IMG/VR virus record: IMGVR_UViG_3300033153_011579
DNA: 64,000 bases
Reading direction: 5' to 3' (one strand)
From: a virus
Taxonomy: Duplodnaviria > Heunggongvirae > Uroviricota > Caudoviricetes
Below the pieces are notes generated by a model. It was not told the DNA's origin and made no database searches. It saw only the letters and a list, made by a program, of their open reading frames with translations. The position numbers and the translations under genes were made by a program. Numbering within the stretch: the stretch's first letter is position 1; each line of letters opens with the position of its first letter. Shown piece by piece: positions 1 through 7,185 of this stretch.

Positions 1-2
1 TC

Positions 3-92
3 GCGGCGAGGGAGATGGAGCTCGAGCGCATCCGAGATCATTTATACAAGAACAGGGTCGAGGATTTCATCAGGGACGCCAATGGCGACTGA
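3..92 (+). CDS. 3' end of an upstream ORF (partial at window edge)
   Basis: Frame 3 reads AAREMELERIRDHLYKNRVEDFIRDANGD* with GC-rich third positions; TGA 90-92 overlaps integrase ATG by 11 nt. Confidence 0.35.
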   Translation, partial: AAREMELERIRDHLYKNRVEDFIRDANGD

Positions 93-969
93 GCAGCTAG
101 CTGCTTTTGAGCGGTTCCTCGAGCGCGGTGCGGCCAGTGGCCGCGCGCTGAGCGCGTCGTCGATCACGACGTACATGAAGGTCGCCAAGCTGATCGTCAA
201 GGCGAAGAAGCCGGAGAAGATTCTGGTCGCCGGGCTGAGCGTTTCTACCAAGACGAAGTACGTGTCTGTGCTGCGGCACTGGGCGGCGTTCACGAAAGAC
301 GCCGAGCTGGCGGAGATGGTGAGCGGCGGACCGCAGCTACAAAAGCTGCTGAAGAACCGTGAGTCGAAACTCCCGCAGAAGATCGAGGCGTTCACCGACG
401 CCGAGGTCGACCGGTTCCTCGAAATCCTGAAGGTGGTCAAGGGTGGCGAGCCGCCGTGGGTGTGGCCGTGTGTGTCGCTCCAGCTTCATCTCGCGCTGCG
501 GGTGAGCGCGGACCTGGCCGGCGTCCGACGGGACGCCGTGGAGAGCGCGCTCGTCACGAAGAAGCTCGCGCTGATGGGAAAGCGAGAGCGGATCGACTTC
601 ATGCCGGCGGGGTTCGTGGCCGAGGAGCTGCAGATGCTTGCCGAGCTCCCAAGCTGGGAGATCGTCGCGGACCTGATGTCGCCGACGACCAGGAAGCTGG
701 GCGAGTACGCCCACCGGCAGAAGGCGTACGAGATGTACGTCAGGGCGATGCAGGTCTTGGGTCCGAAGGCGGGGATCGTCGCGACGAAGACGCATCGGTT
801 TCGCCACTGGGGGATCACGAATTTTATCAAGAAGGTGGCCAAGGGCGACATCAAGCGAGCCCAGAGGTTCGCGCGCCACGCGAGTATCGAGACGACCCTC
901 CTCTACTACAGGACGGTCGACCTCGAGGAGGACGACGCGGCCCTGGCGGAGCTGAAAGGAAGACAATGA
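82..969 (+). CDS. int: Tyrosine recombinase / phage integrase
   Basis: 295 aa; LALRVSADL (Arg box), HRFRHWGITNF (HxxR), RFARHASIETTLLYY (His + catalytic Tyr); SAM-like N-terminal region. Confidence 0.85.
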   Translation: MATEQLAAFERFLERGAASGRALSASSITTYMKVAKLIVKAKKPEKILVAGLSVSTKTKYVSVLRHWAAFTKDAELAEMVSGGPQLQKLLKNRESKLPQKIEAFTDAEVDRFLEILKVVKGGEPPWVWPCVSLQLHLALRVSADLAGVRRDAVESALVTKKLALMGKRERIDFMPAGFVAEELQMLAELPSWEIVADLMSPTTRKLGEYAHRQKAYEMYVRAMQVLGPKAGIVATKTHRFRHWGITNFIKKVAKGDIKRAQRFARHASIETTLLYYRTVDLEEDDAALAELKGRQ

Positions 970-1139
970 GCGACAACCACATCTACGCCCCGGGGCGCTG
1001 CGTGAGCTGTGCACAGCGACGTTGGGACATCGAAGCCAAGAAGGCGGAGTGCGCGCTGGACCGTCCGGAATTCGATGCCGGTGACGACGGGAAGCGACGC
1101 GAGTGCTGGGAGTCGGGCAACGAGGACGAGGACCGGTAA
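966..1139 (+). CDS. Hypothetical small protein (57 aa, CxxC)
   Basis: MSDNHIYAPGRCVSCAQRRW...; ATGA overlap with integrase stop; its TAA is inside T1 copy 1. Confidence 0.5.
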   Translation: MSDNHIYAPGRCVSCAQRRWDIEAKKAECALDRPEFDAGDDGKRRECWESGNEDEDR

Positions 1140-1169
1140 GAGAGTGATGAATTCTCTGACACGGAGGGG
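1137..1169 (+). repeat. T1 element copy 1 (TAA / stem-loop / TGACACG / SD)
   Basis: TAAGAGAGTGATGAATTCTCTGACACGGAGGGG; TAA = stop of upstream ORF; ATG 1173. Confidence 0.9.
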
Positions 1170-1172
1170 ACG

Positions 1173-1730
1173 ATGAAGGTCGATATTCCAGACAACGTGA
1201 TCGAAAATCTCGTCGACGAAAAGGTCAAACAGAAAATGCGGGAGGTCGGATTCGATCTCGTAAAGTCTCTGAAAGGCTGGTTAGACCAGATCGACACTGT
1301 TGGTGAACTGTCTGCCTGGTCTACGGTGACTTACTATTTCATAGATACTTATCATCGGTTTTTCGAATTGCGGTGGGGGGAGTTTGAGCTGGATGGGCAA
1401 GCCGTCCCTCCTAAAACAGAAGTTGTCTTCGATGCTGGTTTAGACTCTGACGGTTTCGGCTTGGTCAAGCTATCGTCCGGTGAGTATGGATATTCTCAAT
1501 GTGAAAAACCGTGGATTCGTGTGAAGCCGACCGTTCACCGTTACGGCCCCGAAGAGAACCAGGTCGTCCTTGAGTATGACGAGCCGTGGTGTGATGGCAA
1601 GTGCCGGGTTCGCGTCGAAGACGGTGAACATATAACCCTCTGGCAGGAAGAAGAATTTAAAAAAGACTCAGAGGAGTTTGATGAGCTACGACAGGCCTGG
1701 GAGTCGATCATGAAACCGCCGGAAAAGTGA
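1173..1730 (+). CDS. Hypothetical protein (185 aa)
   Basis: ORF track; ATG 4 nt after T1 copy 1 SD; visibly lower GC than neighbours. Confidence 0.7.
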   Translation: MKVDIPDNVIENLVDEKVKQKMREVGFDLVKSLKGWLDQIDTVGELSAWSTVTYYFIDTYHRFFELRWGEFELDGQAVPPKTEVVFDAGLDSDGFGLVKLSSGEYGYSQCEKPWIRVKPTVHRYGPEENQVVLEYDEPWCDGKCRVRVEDGEHITLWQEEEFKKDSEEFDELRQAWESIMKPPEK

Positions 1731-1731
1731 C

Positions 1732-1766
1732 TGTAAGGGAATGCGCAATTCTCTGACACGGAGGAG
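1732..1766 (+). repeat. T1 element copy 2
   Basis: TGTAAGGGAATGCGCAATTCTCTGACACGGAGGAG; left arm AGGGAAT pairs with ATTCTCT only via G-U. Confidence 0.9.
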
Positions 1767-1769
1767 CGG

Positions 1770-2021
1770 ATGAGCTACGGAAGAACACCATACTACATCC
1801 TCAACATGATCAATTCGGACTGTGTTCACTTCTGGTGTGAGCTCGGAGAGGTTCTCGTGCCACAGCGCGCTGTCGACCAGTTTTGTGTCGTCCGCGTGCT
1901 GAACCCAGACGAGCTCATCCATGCTTTTCGCTGGTTCGAGGAACAGCGCCCGGACTGGGAGGACCTCCGCGAAGACTTTGTGGCAGCGCTCCGCAAAATA
2001 GCAGACGAGATAGAACGGTAA
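1770..2021 (+). CDS. Hypothetical protein (83 aa)
   Basis: ATG 4 nt after T1 copy 2 SD; TAA is inside T1 copy 3. Confidence 0.65.
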   Translation: MSYGRTPYYILNMINSDCVHFWCELGEVLVPQRAVDQFCVVRVLNPDELIHAFRWFEEQRPDWEDLREDFVAALRKIADEIER

Positions 2022-2050
2022 GGGAATGCGGAATTCTCTGACACGGAGGA
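2019..2050 (+). repeat. T1 element copy 3
   Basis: TAAGGGAATGCGGAATTCTCTGACACGGAGGA; TAA = stop of upstream ORF. Confidence 0.9.
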
Positions 2051-2054
2051 GACG

Positions 2055-2465
2055 ATGAACAAAGCAACCAAGGCACTCAAGACTCTCCGGGCTGTAAGTC
2101 GACCAGGTAGCCCGACGCGCCAGGCTGCCGTTCTAGGGTTGGCTGAAATTGAGAGGCTACGAAAGCAACGTGACGAAGCTCGACGTGACCACGCTGTTCC
2201 GGGGATGTACGCTCTCGGCTACGCGCTGTTCTACTTCCAGTTCAGTAACCGCGATCACGACTATGGAGATCAGGTCGGCCGCGTCCACGCTCTCTGTGAG
2301 CGCTGGGTGGATCTCCGGGCACGAGAGCACGCCGCGATGCTACAGGAGTTCGACCTCAACGAAGATCCAGACGACAAGAAGTGGGAAGCCTTCCTGCAGG
2401 GGTGGGCTCCAGAGTGGGACAAGCTCCTGGAAGACATCGACGACGAGTGCGAGAACCTGTGCTGA
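2055..2465 (+). CDS. Hypothetical protein (136 aa)
   Basis: ATG 5 nt after T1 copy 3; stop TGA 5 nt before T1 copy 4. Confidence 0.65.
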   Translation: MNKATKALKTLRAVSRPGSPTRQAAVLGLAEIERLRKQRDEARRDHAVPGMYALGYALFYFQFSNRDHDYGDQVGRVHALCERWVDLRAREHAAMLQEFDLNEDPDDKKWEAFLQGWAPEWDKLLEDIDDECENLC

Positions 2466-2470
2466 GGGGC

Positions 2471-2505
2471 TGTAAGAGAATGCGGATTTTTCTGACACGG
2501 AGGAG
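2471..2505 (+). repeat. T1 element copy 4
   Basis: TGTAAGAGAATGCGGATTTTTCTGACACGGAGGAG. Confidence 0.85.
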
Positions 2506-2508
2506 TTG

Positions 2509-2712
2509 ATGGAGTATTTCTCGACACTGTTTAACATCATGCTCGGCGCGCTCGGTATCTTGGGACTCCTTGTTGGAGGGGGGATCTTTATTGTGGGCAT
2601 CGCGGCGACTATAGTGGAGGAAAAGGCTAGATTCTTGTTGCTGTGCCCGATTGGATTTTTGGCCGGGTGCAGCGGATTAGCCTGGTTCGTCACGGTGGTG
2701 AAGTATCTGTAA
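2509..2712 (+). CDS. Small membrane protein (67 aa, 2 hydrophobic helices)
   Basis: MEYFSTLFNIMLGALGILGLLVGGGIFIVGIAATIV...; ATG 4 nt after SD; TAA inside T1 copy 5. Confidence 0.6.
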   Translation: MEYFSTLFNIMLGALGILGLLVGGGIFIVGIAATIVEEKARFLLLCPIGFLAGCSGLAWFVTVVKYL

Positions 2713-2739
2713 GAGAATGTAGAGTTCTCTGACGAGGAG
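2708..2739 (+). repeat. T1 element copy 5 (TGAC-GAGGAG variant)
   Basis: TGTAAGAGAATGTAGAGTTCTCTGACGAGGAG; TAA = stop of upstream ORF. Confidence 0.85.
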
Positions 2740-2745
2740 CGGATT

Positions 2746-3075
2746 ATGACTGTCGAAGAAACAAGCGAAGAGCTGGCGCTGGAGGGACGATCGGTGGTCA
2801 TCGAGGTGACCCGCTTTCCCAAGGGCACATCCCGCGGCCGGGTGACATCGCTCGCCGTCGGCATCGACCCCGAGGTGAAGGAGGGGGACGAGGCCGTCGA
2901 TGTGTCTCCCGCCCTCGTGGTCGACGCGCTGATCTACGCCCTGAAGCTGAACTACGACGCTGAGAGCCAGCACGGATCGGACGAGACCGCCGAGGAGTAC
3001 GTCGAGGACGTGGCGCGGATCCTGCTGTCGCAGATCGAGAACGATGAGCCGAGCTCGCTCAGGAGGGTCCACTGA
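2746..3075 (+). CDS. Hypothetical protein, paralogue A of 5953..6282 (109 aa)
   Basis: MTVEETSEELALEGRSVVIEVTRFPKGTSRGRVTSLAVGI...; near-identical second copy 3.2 kb downstream. Confidence 0.75.
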   Translation: MTVEETSEELALEGRSVVIEVTRFPKGTSRGRVTSLAVGIDPEVKEGDEAVDVSPALVVDALIYALKLNYDAESQHGSDETAEEYVEDVARILLSQIENDEPSSLRRVH

Positions 3076-3085
3076 CACGGAGAAG
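3073..3085 (+). repeat. Stemless T1 3' half (TGACACGGAGAAG)
   Basis: TGA of TGACACG is the stop of 2746..3075; GGAGAAG serves ATG 3089. Confidence 0.75.
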
Positions 3086-3088
3086 AAA

Positions 3089-3280
3089 ATGACTATGCTG
3101 ACCGCCTATATCGTTCTGGGGGTGCTCGTGCTGGGAGCTATCGGTACCGGTATCTGGGCCAAGCTCACTGGTGATCCGGTCCCTGTGATTCTTTGCGCCC
3201 TACTGATCGCGGCGGCGGCGGCGCTGTTGAACATCCCGTCGAGCAGGTTCGCCAAGTCCAAGAAGGAGCTCGACCGATGA
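3089..3280 (+). CDS. Small membrane protein (63 aa)
   Basis: MTMLTAYIVLGVLVLGAIGTGIWAKL...LCALLIAAAAALLNI; two hydrophobic helices. Confidence 0.6.
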   Translation: MTMLTAYIVLGVLVLGAIGTGIWAKLTGDPVPVILCALLIAAAAALLNIPSSRFAKSKKELDR

Positions 3281-3519
3281 AAAGATTCAAACTTCACCAG
3301 CGAGTCCGCGTGACCGAGGGCGAGCTCGTCGGCCGATTCGGAGCCGTCTGGCGGTGTCGTCGAGCCGATGATGCGGCATGGATCGCGATGGACGAAGACA
3401 TCCCGGAGTCGCTGCGACAGTTTCCAGCAAACGACGCACACGGCCGCGGTAACCACGTGATCCTCTGGCCGGACCAATGCGAGAGGATCACCAAAGCGCC
3501 GAAGCTGAAGGCTGTGTGA
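3277..3519 (+). CDS. Hypothetical protein (80 aa)
   Basis: MKRFKLHQRVRVTEGELVGRFGAVW...; ATGA overlap with upstream stop; GC-rich third positions. Confidence 0.55.
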   Translation: MKRFKLHQRVRVTEGELVGRFGAVWRCRRADDAAWIAMDEDIPESLRQFPANDAHGRGNHVILWPDQCERITKAPKLKAV

Positions 3520-3851
3520 TGATTCGAAACGGCGACAAACCAGGTGAGCGACGGTTAGCTCTTCCGATCCACTTCCGTGGGCCGACCAGGTGCCTCGGGG
3601 TGGAGGGGACCGTCGATGACGACTACAACGTGGTTCCAGTAGGTCGAGCTCGAGCTTGCGTGCTGAAGGACCTCTGCATCCGCTATCGGGACCGAGAAGA
3701 CTATGGACCGGCGACCCCCTGGTACTCCGAGTGTCCTTACGACTGGCAACGGATGATCTGTACGGAATATCAAACTTCGTGGAGAAATCGAGGGCCGGTG
3801 ATGGACCGTTTGGTAGACATCTACGCCGCGATGCCAGCGAGGGAGAAGTAG
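3519..3851 (+). CDS. Hypothetical Cys/Trp-rich protein (110 aa)
   Basis: TGATG coupling to upstream gene; MIRNGDKPGERRLALPIHF...; preferred over overlapping frame 3656-3853. Confidence 0.45.
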   Translation: MIRNGDKPGERRLALPIHFRGPTRCLGVEGTVDDDYNVVPVGRARACVLKDLCIRYRDREDYGPATPWYSECPYDWQRMICTEYQTSWRNRGPVMDRLVDIYAAMPAREK

Positions 3852-3853
3852 TC

Positions 3854-4339
3854 TTGGTTGAAATCACACACGACCGCCTCGTGAAAGCTGCAGCTATCTG
3901 GCTCGGCCAGAAGCATCGAGTGGTCTCCACCGAGCTCGTCTGCAGTACCGTCTCAGAGAACGCCGATGCTATCGGATGGGACGGTTACGGCAGGTGCATG
4001 GTCATCGAGTGCAAGGTCAGCCGCTCAGATTTTCTCGCCAACAAGCACAAACCACACGAGATCGTCGGTGACTCCATGGGGAACGAGCGCTGGTTCATGA
4101 CACCACCTGGTCTTGTCGAGCCAAAGGAGTTGCCGCGCAGCCACGGGCTCCTCGAGTACACGCCCAGTGGCCACGGGTCCGGCTACTTCATCCGCAAGGT
4201 CAAGAAAGCTCGGCCGCGGAAGAGGACGGTCGACCGGCTTTGGAACGAGAACCGAACACTGGTCGCCATCGCAGGCCGTGCTCTCGAGGCCGCTTCGAGG
4301 CTCAAGCCGCTCTGGCTCGGTGACGGCGAGGACGAGTAA
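3854..4339 (+). CDS. MmcB-like PD-(D/E)XK nuclease-fold protein (about 161 aa)
   Basis: ENADAIGWDGYGRCMVIECKVSRSDFLANKHK...RWFMTPPGLV motif pattern; TTG start 5 nt after GGGAGAAG; TAA in T1 copy 6. Confidence 0.55.
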   Translation: MVEITHDRLVKAAAIWLGQKHRVVSTELVCSTVSENADAIGWDGYGRCMVIECKVSRSDFLANKHKPHEIVGDSMGNERWFMTPPGLVEPKELPRSHGLLEYTPSGHGSGYFIRKVKKARPRKRTVDRLWNENRTLVAIAGRALEAASRLKPLWLGDGEDE

Positions 4340-4369
4340 GAGAATGCCGGATTCTATGACACGGAGGAG
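4337..4369 (+). repeat. T1 element copy 6
   Basis: TAAGAGAATGCCGGATTCTATGACACGGAGGAG; 28 nt upstream (CGGTGACGGCGAGGACGAG) also shared with copy 17. Confidence 0.9.
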
Positions 4370-4374
4370 TGAAG

Positions 4375-4581
4375 ATGGGCGTGCGAACAAAAAAGTTGGC
4401 TGAATGGAAACACGCTGCCATCGAGGCGTTCTACCGACTAGATAGCCTCGTCAATGACAGCGAGTGTGACAACGCAGAGGAACCATACTCCGATTGGCAG
4501 CCGTGCGAGGATGGGTGCAACTACTGTGACGATCGCGAGGCGAGGGACAGGATCGCCCAGCTCATGGCCAAGGACCAATAG
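4375..4581 (+). CDS. Hypothetical Cys-rich protein (68 aa)
   Basis: MGVRTKKLAEWKHAAIEAF...CEDGCNYCDD; ATG 5 nt after SD. Confidence 0.6.
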   Translation: MGVRTKKLAEWKHAAIEAFYRLDSLVNDSECDNAEEPYSDWQPCEDGCNYCDDREARDRIAQLMAKDQ

Positions 4582-4583
4582 GC

Positions 4584-4617
4584 TGTAAGAGAGTGATAGA
4601 TTCTCTGACACGGAGGA
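4584..4617 (+). repeat. T1 element copy 7
   Basis: TGTAAGAGAGTGATAGATTCTCTGACACGGAGGA. Confidence 0.9.
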
Positions 4618-4651
4618 TAAGTGGATCGACGGCAAGTACAAGGAATCCGGC

Positions 4652-4744
4652 ATGGACATCGATGGCAACCTCGACCGCGAAGTTGCGATCTTCCACCTGA
4701 CCGGTAAGGGGCGGGAGGCCGCGAAAAGCGATGAGGAAAAATGA
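4652..4744 (+). CDS. Tiny ORF, 5' end unresolved (30 aa from first ATG)
   Basis: High-GC3 frame KWIDGKYKESGMDIDGNLDREVAIFHLTGKGREAAKSDEEK* is open from 4589 but has no ATG/GTG/TTG before 4652. Confidence 0.3.
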   Translation: MDIDGNLDREVAIFHLTGKGREAAKSDEEK

Positions 4745-4845
4745 AAGAGACAATTGTCGAAATCATGTTTGGGTATCTGTATTTTGCGTTGGGTGGGGGT
4801 GCCGTCGCCTATGTGTGGTGGATGAGTAGCACTTTTGGAGGATGA
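4741..4845 (+). CDS. Small hydrophobic peptide (34 aa)
   Basis: MKETIVEIMFGYLYFALGGGAVAYVWWMSSTFGG*; ATGA overlap with upstream stop. Confidence 0.35.
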   Translation: MKETIVEIMFGYLYFALGGGAVAYVWWMSSTFGG

Positions 4846-4846
4846 G

Positions 4847-5050
4847 ATGGACAACCCCGACCTGTACTGCGTGAAGTGCTCGATCGGACTTGGCTTCGGT
4901 CCGCGCGCAACCATCGACAAGAAGGATTACTGCAACGGCTGCGCTGTCTACTTGCTACGCGCCCGCGTGGCCGAACTAGAATCTCAACCGGCGCAGACGA
5001 TGCCTGTCAAACGCACCGTGCGCGAGGCGGTGAACGATGATGTTGATTAG
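4847..5050 (+). CDS. Zinc-ribbon protein (67 aa)
   Basis: MDNPDLYCVKCS...DYCNGCAVYLLRARVAELE; GGAGGA 4 nt upstream; RARVAELE shared with 6829..7152. Confidence 0.55.
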   Translation: MDNPDLYCVKCSIGLGFGPRATIDKKDYCNGCAVYLLRARVAELESQPAQTMPVKRTVREAVNDDVD

Positions 5051-5339
5051 AGCAATCGGCAGCTCCCTGCTCGCAGTGGCGAGCATGACTATCCGTTGGA
5101 TTGCGGCCGACCTTCTAAGGAGTAAAGGAAAACACATGAGATCAACAACAATAGAAAAGATGTGTCAGGCAGCATCGGTACTCGACCGGGAGAAGTTTGA
5201 TGCTCTCGCCGAAGACCTTTTCGACGAACTGGCGGCTTCTACGACTCGGATGTCAGCAGCTATTCACAATTCGTACTGTCCGAAGTGCCTCGAAAAACAA
5301 CTCATAATCGACGACCTGCGGATCGTCGATCCTGACTGA
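5037..5339 (+). CDS. Hypothetical protein (100 aa; alternative start 5136)
   Basis: ORF track; hydrophobic N-terminus; internal ATG 5136 has AAGGAG/AAAGGAA upstream; AT-richer than neighbours. Confidence 0.4.
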   Translation: MMLIRAIGSSLLAVASMTIRWIAADLLRSKGKHMRSTTIEKMCQAASVLDREKFDALAEDLFDELAASTTRMSAAIHNSYCPKCLEKQLIIDDLRIVDPD

Positions 5340-5342
5340 TGA

Positions 5343-5357
5343 GGAATGACACGTTCC
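5343..5357 (+). repeat. T2 hairpin copy a (GGAA-TGACACG-TTCC)
   Basis: GGAATGACACGTTCC immediately after stop of 5037..5339 and 20 nt before T1 copy 8. Confidence 0.8.
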
Positions 5358-5376
5358 TTACGAAGAAAACGAATTT

Positions 5377-5412
5377 TGTAAGAGAACCCCAAGATTCTCT
5401 GACATGGAGGAG
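5377..5412 (+). repeat. T1 element copy 8 (TGACATG variant)
   Basis: TGTAAGAGAACCCCAAGATTCTCTGACATGGAGGAG. Confidence 0.85.
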
Positions 5413-5418
5413 ATAGTG

Positions 5419-5682
5419 ATGTTCGACGATTGGTCAACTTGGCAACTAGTACTGACCGGTGTCTTCTACTTTTTTCTGTGTATGCTGATCGGATTTCTTG
5501 CCACAGCCGTCCCAGCCTGGGTGCAGCTGTGGAGGGTCAAACAAGAATGTCGGAGTCGGGTAGCTCAAGCCAATCGAAGGTTTGATCTGTCTACTCGTGA
5601 TTTGTGTAAGAGAATGTCGGTTTCTCTGACACGGAGAAGAGAATGGGAACGGAAAAAGATCAAGACAACGTCAGGCACCTGA
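5419..5682 (+). CDS. Membrane protein (87 aa) reading through T1 copy 9
   Basis: MFDDWSTWQLVLTGVFYFFLCMLIGFLATAVPAWV...; TAA of copy 9 is out of frame so the ORF overlaps the next gene by 40 nt. Confidence 0.5.
   Translation: MFDDWSTWQLVLTGVFYFFLCMLIGFLATAVPAWVQLWRVKQECRSRVAQANRRFDLSTRDLCKRMSVSLTRRREWERKKIKTTSGT
5605..5639 (+). repeat. T1 element copy 9
   Basis: TGTAAGAGAATGTCGGTTTCTCTGACACGGAGAAG. Confidence 0.9.
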
Positions 5683-5945
5683 ACCAGGGTGAGCAGGCTT
5701 TTGCCGATCTGATCTCTGTCCTCTCCGACGGGAAGGTCTCCCGCGTCGTGGTGGCCTACTACTGCGAGGAGGACGAGGACGAGGAAGCTGGCTGGTCCTA
5801 CGTCCGGGCCTCGAGACCACCGAGCCCCATCGGTAGCGCCATCGTAGAGGATGTTGGAGCCGCGTCCTTGTTATCCTTGTACGTCAGAGACTGGTACGAC
5901 TCCGCCATGGCGACCGAGACAACCCACGAGGTGCCGCGGAAGTGA
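5643..5945 (+). CDS. Hypothetical acidic protein (100 aa)
   Basis: ATG 4 nt after T1 copy 9; MGTEKDQDNVRHLNQGEQAF...CEEDEDEEAGW. Confidence 0.55.
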   Translation: MGTEKDQDNVRHLNQGEQAFADLISVLSDGKVSRVVVAYYCEEDEDEEAGWSYVRASRPPSPIGSAIVEDVGAASLLSLYVRDWYDSAMATETTHEVPRK

Positions 5946-5952
5946 GGACAAG

Positions 5953-6282
5953 ATGGCTGTTGAGGAAACAACTGAAGAGCTGGCCCTGGAGGGACGCTCG
6001 GTGGTCATCGAGGTGACCCGCTTTCCCAAGGGCACATCCCGCGGCCGGGTGACATCGCTAGCCGTCGGCATCGAGCCCGACGTGAAGAATGGGGGCGACC
6101 CCGTCGATGTGTCTCCGGCCCTCGTGGTCGACGCGCTGATCTACGCCCTGAAGCTGAACTACGACGCCGAGAGCCAGCACGGGTCAAACGAGACGGCCGA
6201 GGACTACGTCGAGGACGTGGCGCGGATCCTGCTGTCGCAGATCGAGAACGACGAGCCGAGCTCGCTCATGCGGGTTCACTGA
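5953..6282 (+). CDS. Hypothetical protein, paralogue B of 2746..3075 (109 aa)
   Basis: MAVEETTEELALEGRSVVIEVTRFPKGTSRGRVTSLAVGI...; stop TGA lies in TGACACG. Confidence 0.75.
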   Translation: MAVEETTEELALEGRSVVIEVTRFPKGTSRGRVTSLAVGIEPDVKNGGDPVDVSPALVVDALIYALKLNYDAESQHGSNETAEDYVEDVARILLSQIENDEPSSLMRVH

Positions 6283-6292
6283 CACGGAGGGG
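6280..6292 (+). repeat. Stemless T1 3' half (TGACACGGAGGGG)
   Basis: TGA of TGACACG is the stop of 5953..6282; SD serves ATG 6296. Confidence 0.75.
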
Positions 6293-6295
6293 AAG

Positions 6296-6493
6296 ATGAG
6301 CCTGTTTTTTACGACGACAATTCGCGAGGATGTTGAGATCGAGGTCGATGTGGAGTGCTCGAGGTGTGGAGCCGCTCTCACGGCAACATCCAGAAGCGAA
6401 CACATCGGCTCCCACGATGAAAACCACCGGCTGGTGATCCACCCGTGCACCACCTGCTACCCGGTTGGCGCGACGGATACCGAGAGCTCGTAA
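6296..6493 (+). CDS. Zinc-ribbon protein (65 aa)
   Basis: ...VECSRCGAAL...HPCTTCYP; TAA inside T1 copy 10. Confidence 0.55.
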   Translation: MSLFFTTTIREDVEIEVDVECSRCGAALTATSRSEHIGSHDENHRLVIHPCTTCYPVGATDTESS

Positions 6494-6523
6494 GAGAATG
6501 TGCGTTTCTCTGACACGGAGGAG
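6491..6523 (+). repeat. T1 element copy 10
   Basis: TAAGAGAATGTGCGTTTCTCTGACACGGAGGAG; TAA = stop of upstream ORF. Confidence 0.9.
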
Positions 6524-6529
6524 TGGCAA

Positions 6530-6802
6530 ATGAATAAAGAGAAGAAACTCAAGAAGCTCGGGATCCCAGACAAGACCGTAACCTGGGAAGAGTTCAAGGA
6601 ACTCCCGCAAACGCGTGGTGAAGGGATCTCCTTTAAAGCGCAAGGTGTTGGGGACTGGAAGGGTGAGTGGTTCTGGTTTGAGTCGCTAGGGGTGGTTGAG
6701 GTCGACCGCGCCTTGGCCGATGGCGAGGTTATCAGAGGAATGAAGGTCAACGCTGGGAACTGGCACAGGCTTGTTGTCGTTCCTCATAATTTTCCTCGCT
6801 GA
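6530..6802 (+). CDS. Hypothetical protein (90 aa)
   Basis: MNKEKKLKKLGIPDKTVTWEEF...; ATG 6 nt after SD (track ORF start 6500 lies in the hairpin loop). Confidence 0.6.
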   Translation: MNKEKKLKKLGIPDKTVTWEEFKELPQTRGEGISFKAQGVGDWKGEWFWFESLGVVEVDRALADGEVIRGMKVNAGNWHRLVVVPHNFPR

Positions 6803-6807
6803 CGACC

Positions 6808-6843
6808 TGTAAGAGAATGGAGCGTTCTATGACAGAGAAAGAG
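6808..6843 (+). repeat. T1 element copy 11 (degenerate 3' half)
   Basis: TGTAAGAGAATGGAGCGTTCTATGACAGAGAAAGAG. Confidence 0.7.
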
Positions 6844-7152
6844 ATCAAGCCGAAGATGGTGGATGGCGAGGCGGTGTGTTCTAAAAACTGTCCGCGTTAT
6901 GGGATTGAGCCATGCATGGGGCTTGTTGATTTATCCTCATGCGCCCCCTACTACCGCGCCCGTGTCGCCGAGCTCGAGGCACAGATTTCAAGAATCAGCG
7001 ATACGATCTACCGGGGTGCTCCGCTGTCGTGGGCAAAGGCTGAATTTCACGAGGTCGTGAGCGCCTGGGAGCTGGATCTCTGTATCGCTCTGAACTTATG
7101 CGGCTTCCGCGACGCCCTTGAGCATATTAAGGCGAAGAAAGATTCAGAGTAA
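6829..7152 (+). CDS. Hypothetical protein (about 107 aa; start uncertain 6817/6829/6856)
   Basis: ...CSKNCPRYG...APYYRARVAELEAQISR; TAA inside T1 copy 12. Confidence 0.5.
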   Translation: MTEKEIKPKMVDGEAVCSKNCPRYGIEPCMGLVDLSSCAPYYRARVAELEAQISRISDTIYRGAPLSWAKAEFHEVVSAWELDLCIALNLCGFRDALEHIKAKKDSE

Positions 7153-7180
7153 GAGAATTTTACGTTCTCTGACACGGAGA
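7150..7180 (+). repeat. T1 element copy 12
   Basis: TAAGAGAATTTTACGTTCTCTGACACGGAGA; TAA = stop of upstream ORF. Confidence 0.9.
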
Positions 7181-7185
7181 AAAAG

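Larger units (their letters stand above)
2746..3085 (+). repeat. Direct duplication, copy A (gene plus stemless TGACACGGAG joint)
   Basis: About 90 percent identical by eye to 5953-6292; both end ...CACTGACACGGAG. Confidence 0.85.
5953..6292 (+). repeat. Direct duplication, copy B
   Basis: About 90 percent identical by eye to 2746-3085, including the terminal CACTGACACGGAG. Confidence 0.85.

Noticed and set aside
4621-4707. GTG-initiated 28-aa ORF behind T1 copy 7
   Set aside because: It is correctly spaced from the SD, but its third codon positions are AT-rich and the product (VDRRQVQGIRHGHRWQPRPRSCDLPPDR) looks non-genic. The overlapping frame carries the coding signal.
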